Positions 36,328 to 46,812 of a DNA stretch of 48,923 nt are shown piece after piece. The notes beneath the pieces are model-generated. The model saw only the letters and a program-made list of their open reading frames with translations. It was not told where the DNA came from and did not search any database. The DNA is from Microbacterium sp. GTDB taxonomy: Bacteria; Actinomycetota; Actinomycetes; Actinomycetales; Microbacteriaceae. Where the stretch lies: positions 1 to 48,923 of the forward strand of contig JBEBWQ010000001.1 in assembly GCA_040392075.1 (NCBI GenBank), in the 5' to 3' direction. The translations under genes and the position numbers were made by a program. Position 1 is the first letter of the stretch. Every line of letters starts with the position of its first letter.

Positions 36328-37239
36328 ATGGGCATGCCTTCTCCCGACGACGCGCGCGCACGGCCGGCCCGCGACGCCGCGGAGCGCGATGCCCTGCTGC
36401 CCGTGATCGACTGGGCTCGGCTGCCGCCGGGGGTCGAGCGGGACACGGTCCCGGTGCCGAGCGGCCTGCTCGCCCGCGTGACCGCCGGTCCTCCCGACGG
36501 CGAACGGGTGCTGCTGGTCCCCGGGATGACCGGCTCCAAGGAGGACTTCCTCCTGATGATGCCGCTCTTCGCGGCGGAGGGGTACCGGGTGGAGTCCTAC
36601 GACCTCGCCGGGCAGTACGAGTCGGCCGCCGCGGGACCGGAGAACCTCGACCCGCCTCGATCCCGGTACACCCTCGACCTGTTCGTCGACGATCTGCTCG
36701 CCGTGGTCGCCACCGGGAGCACCCCCGTGCACGCCCTCGGCTACTCCTTCGCGGGGACCGTGGTCTCGGTGGCCGCGGTGCGGCATCCGGAGCTCTTCTC
36801 CGACCTCACGCTGCTGTCGGCCCCGCCGCTCGGGGGCCAGGCGCTGCGCGGGTTCAAGGCGATCGGACCGGTCAGCTGGGCGCTCCCGGGACGGGCGCTG
36901 GGGCGCCCGTTCATCGCCGCGGTGCGTTCGAACGTGCACCGCACCTCCGCCGAGCGGGCCGCGTTCATCAGGAAGCGGTTCGAGGCGACCCGGCCCTCGA
37001 GCGTCGGGGACATCCTCGCGCTGATGAAGCGCACGCCGGAGGTCGCCGATGCGCTGCGGGCGACCGGGCTGCCGGTGCTCGTCGCCGCCGGCACCGGCGA
37101 TGTCTGGCCGCTGGCCCGGCACCGCGCGTTCGCGGAGCGAGCGGGGGGCCGGCTCCTCATCCTGCCCACCGGACACAGCCCCTGTGAGACGACGCCACAC
37201 CAGCTCACCGAGGCGATGCTCGCGCAGATGCGGGGCTGA
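36328..37239 (+). CDS. Alpha/beta-fold hydrolase
   Basis: PGMTGSKEDF, DLAGQYES, nucleophile GYSFAG and GHSP. Confidence 0.88.
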   Translation: MGMPSPDDARARPARDAAERDALLPVIDWARLPPGVERDTVPVPSGLLARVTAGPPDGERVLLVPGMTGSKEDFLLMMPLFAAEGYRVESYDLAGQYESAAAGPENLDPPRSRYTLDLFVDDLLAVVATGSTPVHALGYSFAGTVVSVAAVRHPELFSDLTLLSAPPLGGQALRGFKAIGPVSWALPGRALGRPFIAAVRSNVHRTSAERAAFIRKRFEATRPSSVGDILALMKRTPEVADALRATGLPVLVAAGTGDVWPLARHRAFAERAGGRLLILPTGHSPCETTPHQLTEAMLAQMRG

Positions 37240-37258
37240 GCCCGCGGCACGGCCGTCG

Positions 37259-39901
37259 TCAGCCGTGCCGCCCGCGACGGCGCTCGGCGATCCGGCGCAG
37301 GAGCTTGTCGGCCTCCACGATGACCAGCACGCTCGCGGCGATGAGCGCGCATCCGGCCCACTCCGCCAGGCCCAGCGGCACGATGCCGAGGATCCCGGCC
37401 GAGACCGGCCAGGCCATCACCCCGGCCAGGAGCGCGAGCGAGCCGACCGCGGTGACCAGCAGCAGCCGGTTCCGGAACGGGCTGAGCATGAGCAGCGAGA
37501 CGTGCTCGGCCCGGGCGTTCCCGACCTGGAAGAAGTTGAACAGCACGAAGGTCAGCAGCGCCAGGGAGCGGGCGTGCTCGTCGGCGTATCCGTGCCGCAG
37601 CGCCCATTCGAAGACGAGGAGGAGCACCATCCCCATCCAGATGCCGGTGATCGCCGTGCGGAACCAGAGCGTCCGGGAGAGCACGCCCTCGCTCCGAGGG
37701 CGGGGCGGGCGGCGCAGCTCGTCGCCCTCGGCGGGTTCGAGGGCCAGGGCGATGTCCTGGATGCCGCTGGTGACGAGGTTGATCCAGAGCAGCTGCACGG
37801 GCAGGAAGAGCAGCGGCTGCTCCAGGAGCACGTTCACGGCGAGGGCGAGCACACCGGCGACCGCCGTGGACAGGAGGAAGAAGGTGGCCTTGCGGATGGC
37901 GCCGAAGGTGACCCGGCCCTGCTCGACCGCGTCCACGATGGTGACGAAGTCGTCGTCGGTGAGCACGAGGTCCGCCGCCTCCCGGGCGACGTCGGTGCCG
38001 TCGCGCCCCATGGCGACGCCGATCGCGGCGGCCTTCAGCGCGGGGGCGTCGTTGACGCCGTCGCCGGTGACCGCGACCACCTCACCCCGGTTGCGGAGCA
38101 CGTTCACGATGCGCAGCTTGTCCTTCGGGGAGACCCGTGCGGCGACGCTCGTCTCCTCCAGGCGGGCCGCGAGGATGCGGTCGTCGAGCCCGGCCATCTC
38201 GACGCCGGTGAGCGCCGGCGCCTCCGTCGGCAGCCCGAGACGGGCGGCGATCGCCTCGGCGGTCGCGGGGTGGTCGCCGGTGATCATCTTCACCGCGATG
38301 CCCGCGCGGAGGCACTGCGCGATCGCCTCGGCCACGCCCTCCCTCGGCGGGTCGGTCATGCCCTCCAGCCCGAGGAGGGTCAGGCCCTCCGGAGTCGGCG
38401 GGGATGGCGGGAGCGGGTCGTCGCCGAGGACGCGGGAGGCGGTGGCCAGCACGCGCAGTCCCTCGGCGGCGAGCTCGTCGTTGGCGGCGAGCACGAGCTC
38501 CCGGTCCATCGGCACCTCGCCCTGGTCGGTGAGCAGGGCGGTGCTCATCTCGGCGAGGGTGTCCGGCGACCCCTTGACGACGAGGACCCGGCGGCCGTCG
38601 GCGTCGCGGCGCACGGTCTGCGACAGCCGCAGCGCGGGCTCGTAGGGGACATGGCGCTCCGGAGGTGCGGTGCGCTCGGCCTCGGTCACCGCGCCGGCGG
38701 CGAGGGCGGCCTCGGCCATCGCCACATCCACCGGGTCTCCGGCCAGTGCGCCCCGGGAGTCGCGGACCGCCTCGTTGCTGAGCGTCCCCGCCCGGAGCGC
38801 GGCGCGGCTCGTGCGGCCGAGCGGCTCGCCCGGCGTCCAGCGCCCCGAGGCGGTCCACACCTGCTCGACGGTGAGCCTGTTCTGGGTGAGGGTCCCGGTC
38901 TTGTCGGAGGCGATCACGGTGGTCGAGCCCAGCGTCTCCACGGCGGGCAGGGTGCGTACGATGGCGCCCCGTCGGGCCATCCGGGAGACGCCCACGCTCA
39001 TCGCCACGGTGAGGATGATCGGCAGCGACTCCGGGATCGAGGCGACCGAGAGCGCCACCGCCGTGCGGAACATGTCGGCGATGCCGTAGCCCCCCACGAG
39101 GCCGGCGACGAAGGTGAACACGACGGCGATCATGATCGCCACGCCGATGCGCCGCTCCAGGCTCCCGGTGATGAGCTGCAGGGGCGTGCGCGAGGGAGGG
39201 CCCTGGACGAGGGCGTCGATGGCGCCGAGCTCGGTGCGCGGCCCCGTCGCGACCACCAGGCCGAGGCCCCGGCCGCTGGTGACGAAGGTCCCGCTGAAGG
39301 CCATGCCGGTCCGGTCGCCGATCGTCGCGGCGGGCTCGACGGGAGCGGTGTCCTTCGTCGACGCGAGCGACTCCCCGGTGAGCATCGACTCGTCGGTGCG
39401 CAGGCGCGTGGCCTCGATCAGCCGCAGGTCGGCGGGGACCCGGTCGCCGCTCTCGAGCAGCACCGCATCGCCCGGGACCAGCTCCTCGGCCGGCACGGTC
39501 CGGACAGCGCCGTCACGGCGCACCCGCGCCGTGGTGGTGGCCAGCGAACGGAGCGCTCTCACGTCGCGCTCGGCCTTGCGCTCCTGCCAGAAGCCGAGGG
39601 TCGCGTTGAGCACGAGCACGAGGAGGATCGCCACGGCATCCACCCCGTGCCGTTGGATCGCGGTGACGATCCCGGCGATGAGGAGGATGCCGATGAGGGG
39701 GCTGAGGAACTGCGCCAGCAGCACCCGCCACCAGGGCCGGGGCGGCAGGGACGGGAGCGCGTTGGGGCCGTACCGCGCGCGGCGTGCCTCGGCCTCGCCC
39801 GTGGCCAGACCGCTCGGGCCGGCGCTCAGGGCCTCCTGCACCTCGGCGGCGGCGCGGGCATGCCAGGGCGGGGCTTCGGTCGGTTCGGCCTCTGCGGGCA
39901 T
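37259..39901 (-). CDS. Cation-transporting P-type ATPase (P2-like)
   Basis: LTGES, PESLP, DKTGTLT, DPPR, MITGD and GDGVNDAPALK. Confidence 0.95.
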   Translation of the reverse strand: MPAEAEPTEAPPWHARAAAEVQEALSAGPSGLATGEAEARRARYGPNALPSLPPRPWWRVLLAQFLSPLIGILLIAGIVTAIQRHGVDAVAILLVLVLNATLGFWQERKAERDVRALRSLATTTARVRRDGAVRTVPAEELVPGDAVLLESGDRVPADLRLIEATRLRTDESMLTGESLASTKDTAPVEPAATIGDRTGMAFSGTFVTSGRGLGLVVATGPRTELGAIDALVQGPPSRTPLQLITGSLERRIGVAIMIAVVFTFVAGLVGGYGIADMFRTAVALSVASIPESLPIILTVAMSVGVSRMARRGAIVRTLPAVETLGSTTVIASDKTGTLTQNRLTVEQVWTASGRWTPGEPLGRTSRAALRAGTLSNEAVRDSRGALAGDPVDVAMAEAALAAGAVTEAERTAPPERHVPYEPALRLSQTVRRDADGRRVLVVKGSPDTLAEMSTALLTDQGEVPMDRELVLAANDELAAEGLRVLATASRVLGDDPLPPSPPTPEGLTLLGLEGMTDPPREGVAEAIAQCLRAGIAVKMITGDHPATAEAIAARLGLPTEAPALTGVEMAGLDDRILAARLEETSVAARVSPKDKLRIVNVLRNRGEVVAVTGDGVNDAPALKAAAIGVAMGRDGTDVAREAADLVLTDDDFVTIVDAVEQGRVTFGAIRKATFFLLSTAVAGVLALAVNVLLEQPLLFLPVQLLWINLVTSGIQDIALALEPAEGDELRRPPRPRSEGVLSRTLWFRTAITGIWMGMVLLLVFEWALRHGYADEHARSLALLTFVLFNFFQVGNARAEHVSLLMLSPFRNRLLLVTAVGSLALLAGVMAWPVSAGILGIVPLGLAEWAGCALIAASVLVIVEADKLLRRIAERRRGRHG

Positions 39902-40050
39902 TCTCGTCCCTCCCGCCGGGAGTGCGTTCCTGCCCTTTCAGCCTAACCGGGGGCTCCGGGACCCGTGCGGCCCGCGGACGGAGAAAACCGGGCGCGGATC
40001 CGGGGCGGGAACGAGATGGAGACGGGACGAGCCCCGCCGAGGCCTCTTCG

Positions 40051-40800
40051 TCAGCGCGCCGCGCGGCGACGGATCCGGGCGGCGGCCGACATCCGCTGCC
40101 GGCGCCACCATCCGGCATCCGAGAGACCCACGGCGATGCCGTGGAAGCCCCAGGCCGCCCGCCGACGGAACCCCGCGAAGTCGGCGAACGGCCGGGCGGA
40201 GACCCGTACGCGCAGTCCGCGATCGAACTCCACGGCCATGTCCGGCTCCAGGGCGAAGGAGATGTGCAGGTCGTCGTGCGCCCGCGGATCGTCGCGGTGC
40301 ACGCGGTCGCGGATGGCGAGCCAGGCCTCGCGGCGGAGGGCGAAGTTCGAGCCGAACACCGGCGTGTGCCCGGTGAGCAGCCGCATGAGCCAGAAGTACC
40401 CGCCGAGATAGAGGTACCGGCCGACGAACCGCCACCCCGGGCCGCGGCCGTAGAACGCCCCCGTCCCGGTGAGGACCGTGAGCGTCGGGTCGTCGTCGAA
40501 CCGCCCCTCCACGCGGGCCACCCAGTCCGGCGCCGGCACGGAGTCTGTGTCCAGGCGCGCGATGATATCGCCGGCGGCGGCGTCGAACCCGGCGGCGGTC
40601 GCCCGCAGCACGCCGCGCACCGGCTCCGTCACGACCCGCGCCCCCGCCGCGCGGGCGACCTCCGCGGTGTCGTCGACGGAGCCGTTGTCGACCACGATCA
40701 CCTCGTCGGGCGCGCGCGTCTGCACCGCGAGGGCGGCCAGGCACTGCCGCAGCATGAGGGCGTCGTTGAGCGAGGGGACGACGACGCTGACGGTACTCAT
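40051..40800 (-). CDS. Family 2 glycosyltransferase
   Basis: VSVVVPSLN, VDNGSVD, DxD (LDTD) and GSNFA. Confidence 0.9.
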   Translation of the reverse strand: MSTVSVVVPSLNDALMLRQCLAALAVQTRAPDEVIVVDNGSVDDTAEVARAAGARVVTEPVRGVLRATAAGFDAAAGDIIARLDTDSVPAPDWVARVEGRFDDDPTLTVLTGTGAFYGRGPGWRFVGRYLYLGGYFWLMRLLTGHTPVFGSNFALRREAWLAIRDRVHRDDPRAHDDLHISFALEPDMAVEFDRGLRVRVSARPFADFAGFRRRAAWGFHGIAVGLSDAGWWRRQRMSAAARIRRRAAR

Positions 40801-40947
40801 CGCCCCCGAGCCTAGACGAGCCGATGCCGGGGCGCGGTCTCCGGCGGGGTCGTGGACGGGGGAGGGGGAGCGTCCGATGACACCGGTGCGGGCGATGTCG
40901 ATCCTCGTGCGGCGGTCAGAGGTCGTCGAGGACGCCGTGGGGGCGGG

Positions 40948-41451
40948 TCAGACCGGTGTCCCCTCGATCAGCAGGCAGAGCAGCAGACCGAAGAGGGCGA
41001 TCGCGGCCATCGCGATCATGCCCGCCGCCATCGCATGCAGGCGCCGGCGTCCGGGGGGAAGGGCGAAGCGGGCGATCACCATGCCGAGGTAGCAGACCCC
41101 GATGGCGATGGCCACGGTGAGCGCGACGGGGAACGACCGTCCCGGGGAGATGACGAGCAGGCTGCTGAGGGGGAAGCAGCAGGCGAGCGCGAACAGCGCG
41201 CCCATCACCAGCCAGCTCCGCCCGGAGGACGTGGTCAGGGCGGGCTGGTTGCCCATCCGGGTGGGGTCGGTCGCGGGGTCCAGCGGTGCACCGGCCTCCG
41301 GCGGACGGGCATATGGCGTCCCGGGACCGCCCTCGAGAGCGGGGCCGTCGGGTCGAGCCTCGTGAACGCCCGGGTCCTCGTCTGCGGCGGTGTCCGCGGC
41401 GTCCCTGCGCCGAGGGGCGGGGTCGTGGTCGGCGGCGTGCACGGGGATCAC
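40948..41451 (-). CDS. Hypothetical membrane protein with 3 TM segments
   Basis: Hydrophobic C-terminal half (DPT..NQPAL..WL); start uncertain. Confidence 0.65.
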   Translation of the reverse strand: MIPVHAADHDPAPRRRDAADTAADEDPGVHEARPDGPALEGGPGTPYARPPEAGAPLDPATDPTRMGNQPALTTSSGRSWLVMGALFALACCFPLSSLLVISPGRSFPVALTVAIAIGVCYLGMVIARFALPPGRRRLHAMAAGMIAMAAIALFGLLLCLLIEGTPV

Positions 41452-41552
41452 CGTCCTCTCGTCTTCGGTGCTCCTCTCCAGGCTTCTCCGTCCCGCGGGC
41501 GTGCGGCAGGGACTGGCGGGCGATGCGGGAAGGGCGTACCCTCCGCCCCGGC

Positions 41553-41635
41553 GGAGGAGCCGGAGGCGCGCGAACGGGTGAGGAGTGCCGAGGGGTGCGC
41601 GAACGGGGGAGGAAGCCGAGGGGTGCGCGGGTGGG
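41553..41635. repeat. Degenerate tandem repeat, about 28 bp x3
   Basis: Units resemble GAGGA(N)GCCGAGGGGTGCGCGAACGGG. Confidence 0.7.
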
Positions 41636-41682
41636 TGCTCAGCCCCGGGACTCCGCACCCCGTGACCGGTCCCCGCTGCGCC

Positions 41683-42807
41683 TCATCCTCCGGTTGCGGG
41701 GACGGCCTCGCCCGCGTATACCGCCATCGCGCGGACGAACACGGTGAGCCACGCGAACAGGAGCGCGGCGGCGATGAACTCCATCCCGGTCAGGTTGTAG
41801 TACCCGATCGGCACCCAGAGCGCCGCGGCGATGAGGATGCCGACGACCACCACCAGCGAGAACCCCGACACCTCCCGCGGGAGGTCCGGCAGCATGCGCA
41901 GCGCGCAGAAGACGAAGACGCCGAAGACCACGACCATCCCCGAGGCCGCTCCGACGTGGATGAAGAAGTTGACCGCGTCCGGGACGAGTCCCACGACCAT
42001 CAGGCACAGCCCGATCCCCGCGAAGAGCCAGGCGAACAGCGGCACCCGCTTCGGGTCCGCGCCGCGGCGGCGCATGCCCCGTTCGATGTCGTTGGCGATG
42101 TAGTTCGCCAGCACGGTGAGGGTCAGTCCCGTGATCATCAGGGCGAGGTTGAAGCGGGAGGCAGAGACCCCGGCGGAGTTGCCGAGCTCCGAGAAGTGCA
42201 GCTGCCACCAGGACTGGTCCGGAGCGCTCAGCATGCTCGCCATCGTCCCCATGAACAGCACGAGGGTGGCGAGGACGGCGATCCCCTCGCTGGTGATGCG
42301 AGCGCCGAAGTGCACGGCCACATAGGCCGCCATCGCCGCCGCCGCGCCGGCGAGGACCCCGCCTCCGAAGGGGTCGACGGTGAGCCCGATGAATCCGAGC
42401 TGGAAGAGGCTCGCCACCGCCATCACGGCGAGATAGGTGAACATCGCGACGGCCAGCGTCAGGGCGGCCTCGTCGAGCAGCCGCTTCGCCAGGGGCAGCC
42501 GCCGGCGCCAGGGCAGGACGCCGTGCCGGGTCTCGAGCAGCGAGGAGCCGGCGAAGGCGAGGCCGCCGCACACGCCGGCGATCCAGGCGGCCAGGCTCCC
42601 GAGCGATCCCTCGCCGGCCAGCGGCAGGCGCTCGCCGCCCATGAGGAGTGCGGCGAGGAGACTGCTCAGCACGAAGGCGATCACCGCCCAGGTCACCGAG
42701 CGCGACACCGCCCGGCGGTCGACGACCGTCATCGTGCCGGTGCCGGTGCCGGTGCCGGTGCCGCTTGGCGCGGGGTGAGAAGACATCGTGCTCTCGTGTG
42801 CGCTCAT
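41683..42807 (-). CDS. Multi-pass membrane protein (DUF998-like)
   Basis: WWQLHFSELG, FN, VGLVP..H motifs; many TM segments; GGGAGG RBS. Confidence 0.72.
   Translation of the reverse strand: MSAHESTMSSHPAPSGTGTGTGTGTMTVVDRRAVSRSVTWAVIAFVLSSLLAALLMGGERLPLAGEGSLGSLAAWIAGVCGGLAFAGSSLLETRHGVLPWRRRLPLAKRLLDEAALTLAVAMFTYLAVMAVASLFQLGFIGLTVDPFGGGVLAGAAAAMAAYVAVHFGARITSEGIAVLATLVLFMGTMASMLSAPDQSWWQLHFSELGNSAGVSASRFNLALMITGLTLTVLANYIANDIERGMRRRGADPKRVPLFAWLFAGIGLCLMVVGLVPDAVNFFIHVGAASGMVVVFGVFVFCALRMLPDLPREVSGFSLVVVVGILIAAALWVPIGYYNLTGMEFIAAALLFAWLTVFVRAMAVYAGEAVPATGG
42734..42763. repeat. Hexanucleotide repeat (GTGCCG)5 encoding (Gly-Thr)5
   Basis: Five perfect in-frame copies. Confidence 0.9.
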
Positions 42808-43079
42808 GCGCGTCCCTCCCGATGTTCTGTGCTCGTCCATTGTGGGGCCTGCGGGGTCCCGCTGTCGCGCACCACGGTGGGGCAGCCGCCGGCGACGGGG
42901 AGATCTGCCGGGGCGGGGATCCCTGCCGACCGATCTGGCGGCGTCCAGGGGCTCTCGACAGCGGGGGGGGGTGACACGGCAGGCCGTGCGATGACCGGAC
43001 CGGGGCGGCCTCGCGCGTCGGCCGCCGGTACCCGGGGAAGTGCCTGTGCCCCGGCCGTCCGGCAGGGCAGAATGGACGG

Positions 43080-43742
43080 GTGGAGAGCACCAGGAGGGTC
43101 TTCGGCCGCGACGGCGCGGAGTTCGGCCGCGGGCTCGGCTTCTTCGACGCGATCTTCGGCTTCGCCATCACCCTGCTGATCGCCAACGTCGACCTGCCGC
43201 CGGCGGAGGCCTGGGCGAGCATCGGCGCCCTGCTCGCGCACGGCCTGGGCGTGCAGCTGGCGGCGTTCGCCCTCAGCTTCGCGGTGATCGCGCTGTTCTG
43301 GCGGCGCAACACCGAGCTCATCGGGCGCTTCCGCGGGCTCGACGGCACGCTGATCACCGCCAATCTGGTGACGGTGGCCCTGGTGGTGCTGCTGCCCTTC
43401 ACCACGCAGGGGATCAGCGACCCCGGGCTCTCCGACCTCCCTCTGCCGGTCGCGCTCTATGCGGGGAACGTCGCATTCGCCATCGCCTCGCTGCTGGTGA
43501 CCCTGGAGATCGGCCGCGCCCGTGGCCTCGAGGAGGATCCGCCGTCGCCGCGGGTCCAGTGGGCCGAACGGATCGACTTCGGGGCGCAGGTCCTCATCTT
43601 CGCCGCCTCGATCCCGGTGGCCTACCTGGCCGGTCCCGGATGGGGGATGACCGTCTGGGCGGCCCTGATCCTCGTCGCTCCGCTCACCGGCCGCCGGATC
43701 GACCGCCTCCTCCGCGAGGACCGGGCGAGGAGCCAGGGCTAG
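43080..43742 (+). CDS. TMEM175/DUF1211-family (K+ channel-like) protein
   Basis: R..FFDAIFGFAITLL, SF..I..FW and LLPFTT. Confidence 0.82.
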   Translation: MESTRRVFGRDGAEFGRGLGFFDAIFGFAITLLIANVDLPPAEAWASIGALLAHGLGVQLAAFALSFAVIALFWRRNTELIGRFRGLDGTLITANLVTVALVVLLPFTTQGISDPGLSDLPLPVALYAGNVAFAIASLLVTLEIGRARGLEEDPPSPRVQWAERIDFGAQVLIFAASIPVAYLAGPGWGMTVWAALILVAPLTGRRIDRLLREDRARSQG

Positions 43743-43751
43743 GCTCGGGTC

Positions 43752-44015
43752 ATGGACGGCGATGCGATGGTGAACCCGCTGATCCCGGCCGCGTACGACA
43801 TCGTCTGGTCGATCGCGACGGTCGGCCTGCTCGTGCTCCTGGTGGCGGCCCTGATCTCGATCGGACGCGCCGGGCGCGGGATCGGGAGCGTCGCGGTCCT
43901 CGGCTGGACGCTCCTGGCGATCCTGCTGCCTCTCCTCGGCCCCCTCGCCTGGTTCCTCGCCGGCCGGCCCGCCGCACGTCGTGCTGCCTCGGCGGGTCGC
44001 GCCCCCGGCGCCTGA
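43752..44015 (+). CDS. Small PLDc_N-like membrane protein
   Basis: NPLIPAAYD, ALISI and W...ILLPLLGPLAWFLAG. Confidence 0.75.
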   Translation: MDGDAMVNPLIPAAYDIVWSIATVGLLVLLVAALISIGRAGRGIGSVAVLGWTLLAILLPLLGPLAWFLAGRPAARRAASAGRAPGA

Positions 44016-44037
44016 GGTCCGTCCTCGCGCCGCAGGC

Positions 44038-44571
44038 TCAGATCAGGAGCAGCAGGAGGAGCGGCGTCGTGGTCCCGGCGAGGACGCCGCCGCCGATCGC
44101 CCAGGGCACCCAGCCCGGGGTGGGGCGGTAGTCGCGCCAGTCGCGGTCGGCGACCGCGGGCGCGCTCAGCGTGCCGAGGCGGAAACGGCCCTCCCACCAC
44201 ACGCCCGCGGCGGTGACGCCCCGGGCCATGGCCGCCTCCACCAGGTGCCGGGCGCCGGGACCGGTGGGGGTGTGCCGTTCGAGGGTCTCGTGGAAGCGGG
44301 CGCGCACGGCCGCCGCATCGGCCGAGATGTGCCGTGCGATGTCGCCTGCGTGGCGGCGCAGCCCCTCGCGGTCGCGCTCGGACCGCAGCTCGTTCGCGGC
44401 GCGAGCGGTCTGGTCGAAGGCCTGTCGCAGGAACGGGAGGAGGGCGGCGTGGTAGTGGCGCAGGCTCTCGCCGTGGGCCTTCCCGAACCGCGCCTCGGCG
44501 AAGTCGGCCTCCTCCTGCAGCTCGGCCAGCGCCCGATCGGCGGCGGCGAGATCGACGAGGTCGGACGACAT
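44038..44571 (-). CDS. Hypothetical helical protein with C-terminal membrane anchor
   Basis: Leaderless-type TAGACT-N6-ATG; GC-typical codons; hydrophobic tail. Confidence 0.6.
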   Translation of the reverse strand: MSSDLVDLAAADRALAELQEEADFAEARFGKAHGESLRHYHAALLPFLRQAFDQTARAANELRSERDREGLRRHAGDIARHISADAAAVRARFHETLERHTPTGPGARHLVEAAMARGVTAAGVWWEGRFRLGTLSAPAVADRDWRDYRPTPGWVPWAIGGGVLAGTTTPLLLLLLI

Positions 44572-44774
44572 GTCCCCAGTCTACGAGCCGGTCCTCCCGA
44601 GCGAGAGGTCTCTGCCGGAGGAGGAGATGCACCGAGCCGGGGCCGGTTCGAGGATGATCTTCGGCTCCGCATGCCTCCTCGGTTCGGCCGGGCGGGCAGA
44701 TGCGCGGCGAGCCCGCGTTCGTGGCGGCGGGCGGGAGGCGAGTAGCCTGGACGGAGAGTCCCCGGGAGTGATCT

Positions 44775-46775
44775 GTGACTGACAATTCCCCGTCGAAAGA
44801 CGGTTTCGCCCTCTTCTCCGACCGATCCGTCGTCGCCATGCGCGTCAACGGCGTGCTCACCGACCTCGCCGCCACGGTGACCGAGGCCGACGAGGTCGAG
44901 CCGGTCACGATCGACAGCCCCGACGGGCTCGCGATCCTGCGCCACTCCACCGCCCACGTGCTCGCGCAGGCCGTGCAGCGGATCAACCCGCAGGCGAACC
45001 TCGGCATCGGCCCGCCCATCACCGACGGCTTCTACTACGACTTCGGCGTGGAGACCCCGTTCACCCCCGAGGACCTGAAGGCGATCTCGAAGGAGATGCA
45101 GCGCATCGTCCGCGACGGCCAGCGCTTCGTGCGCCGCGTCGTCACCGAGGAGGAGGCGCGGGCGGAGCTGGCGGATGAGCCGTTCAAGCTCGAGCTGATC
45201 GATCTCGCCGGCGGGCCCGGCTCCGGCGCCCACGCGGCCGAAGGCGCCTCGGTCGAGATCGGCGAGGGCGAGCTGACGATCTACGACAACGTCACGAAGG
45301 ACGGCGAGACCGCCTGGAAGGACCTCTGCCGCGGTCCGCACGTGCCCAGCACCCGCATGGTCGGCAACGGCTGGGACCTCACCCGGGTGGCCGCCGCCTA
45401 CTGGCGCGGCAGCGAGAAGAACCCGCAGCTGCAGCGCATCTACGGCACCGCGTGGCCCACCAAGGAGGAGCTGCGCGCGTATCAGGAGCGCCTGGCCGAG
45501 GCGGAGCGTCGTGATCACCGCAAGCTCGGCGCCGAGATGGACCTGTTCTCGTTCCCCGACGAGATCGGCTCGGGACTGGCGGTGTTCCATCCGCGCGGCG
45601 GCATCATCCGCTACGAGATCGAGCAGTACCTGCGCTCGCAGCTGCTGGCCAACGGCTACGAGATGGTCAACTCGCCGCACATCACCAAGGCCGACCTGTT
45701 CGCCACCAGCGGTCACCTGCAGACCTACGCCGACGGCATGTACCCGCCGATGCACCTGGACGAGACGCTGGACGAGGAGGGCAACGTCACCCGCCGGGGT
45801 CAGGACTACTACCTGAAGCCGATGAACTGCCCCTTCCACAACCTCATCTACCGTTCGCGTGCGCGCAGCTACCGCGAGCTCCCGCTGCGCCTGGCGGAGT
45901 TCGGCACGGTGTACCGCTACGAGAAGAGCGGCACGCTCTCCGGCCTCACCCGGGTGCGGGGCCTCACCCAGGACGACGCGCACATCTACGTGGCGCAGGA
46001 CCAGGTGCGCGAGGAGCTGACCCGCAACCTCGACCTGGTGCTGAAGCTGCTGCGCGACTACGGCCTCGACGACTTCTACCTGGAGCTGTCGACCAACGAG
46101 CCCGGCAACCCCAAGTTCCTCGGGGACGAGGACCAGTGGGTCACGGCGATCGACACCCTCCGCGAGGTCGCCGAGGCCTCCGGCCTCCAGCTCGTGCTCG
46201 ACCCGGGCGGGGCCGCCTTCTACGGCCCGAAGATCTCGGTGCAGGCGCGCGACGCGATCGGCCGCACCTGGCAGATGTCGACCATCCAGCTGGACTTCAA
46301 CCAGCCGGAGCGCTTCGAGCTGGAGTACACCGGCCCCGACGGGCGGGGGCACCGGCCGGTGATGATCCACCGGGCGCTGCTGGGCTCGGTGGAGCGCTTC
46401 TTCGCGATCCTGCTCGAGCACTACGCCGGGGACTTCCCGCTGTGGCTCGCCCCTGTGCAGGTGATGGGCGTGCCGGTGGCCGCCGAATACGGCGACTACC
46501 TGGACGACGTCGTCGCGCAGCTGCGGGCGCAGGGCGTGCGCGCGGAGGTCGACCATGCCGACGACCGGATGCAGAAGAAGATCCGCACGCACACCACCGC
46601 GAAGGTGCCGCTGCTGCTGATCGCCGGCGAGCAGGACCGCGCCGCGGGAACCGTCTCGTTCCGCTTCCGTGACGGGGCGCAGGAGAACGGGGTGCCGATC
46701 GCCGATGCGGTCGCCCGGATCCGCGCGACGATCGATGCGCACGCCCGCGTGCTCACGGCGGGCGATCTGGCATGA
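44775..46775 (+). CDS. thrS: Threonine--tRNA ligase
   Basis: RHSTAH, GFYYDF, DLCRGPH, DHRKLG, KPMNCP, RYEKSG, FYGPK and IHRA motifs. Confidence 0.98.
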   Translation: MTDNSPSKDGFALFSDRSVVAMRVNGVLTDLAATVTEADEVEPVTIDSPDGLAILRHSTAHVLAQAVQRINPQANLGIGPPITDGFYYDFGVETPFTPEDLKAISKEMQRIVRDGQRFVRRVVTEEEARAELADEPFKLELIDLAGGPGSGAHAAEGASVEIGEGELTIYDNVTKDGETAWKDLCRGPHVPSTRMVGNGWDLTRVAAAYWRGSEKNPQLQRIYGTAWPTKEELRAYQERLAEAERRDHRKLGAEMDLFSFPDEIGSGLAVFHPRGGIIRYEIEQYLRSQLLANGYEMVNSPHITKADLFATSGHLQTYADGMYPPMHLDETLDEEGNVTRRGQDYYLKPMNCPFHNLIYRSRARSYRELPLRLAEFGTVYRYEKSGTLSGLTRVRGLTQDDAHIYVAQDQVREELTRNLDLVLKLLRDYGLDDFYLELSTNEPGNPKFLGDEDQWVTAIDTLREVAEASGLQLVLDPGGAAFYGPKISVQARDAIGRTWQMSTIQLDFNQPERFELEYTGPDGRGHRPVMIHRALLGSVERFFAILLEHYAGDFPLWLAPVQVMGVPVAAEYGDYLDDVVAQLRAQGVRAEVDHADDRMQKKIRTHTTAKVPLLLIAGEQDRAAGTVSFRFRDGAQENGVPIADAVARIRATIDAHARVLTAGDLA

Positions 46776-46812
46776 TCACGCCGGGGGGCAGGCGCGCGTC
46801 GGGAGCCCGGGC

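Noticed and set aside
37049-39946. 965-aa plus-strand ORF, and similar long ORFs (44166-46742, 10131-12218, 15319-16983, 40852-43179)
   Set aside because: Antisense shadows of well-supported genes, expected in high-GC DNA; no motifs
41553-41635. Possible CRISPR array
   Set aside because: Units are contiguous and degenerate with no unique spacers; no cas genes
44572-44775. T-box or tRNA upstream of thrS
   Set aside because: Region is short and holds divergent promoters; no T-box motif or cloverleaf recognised
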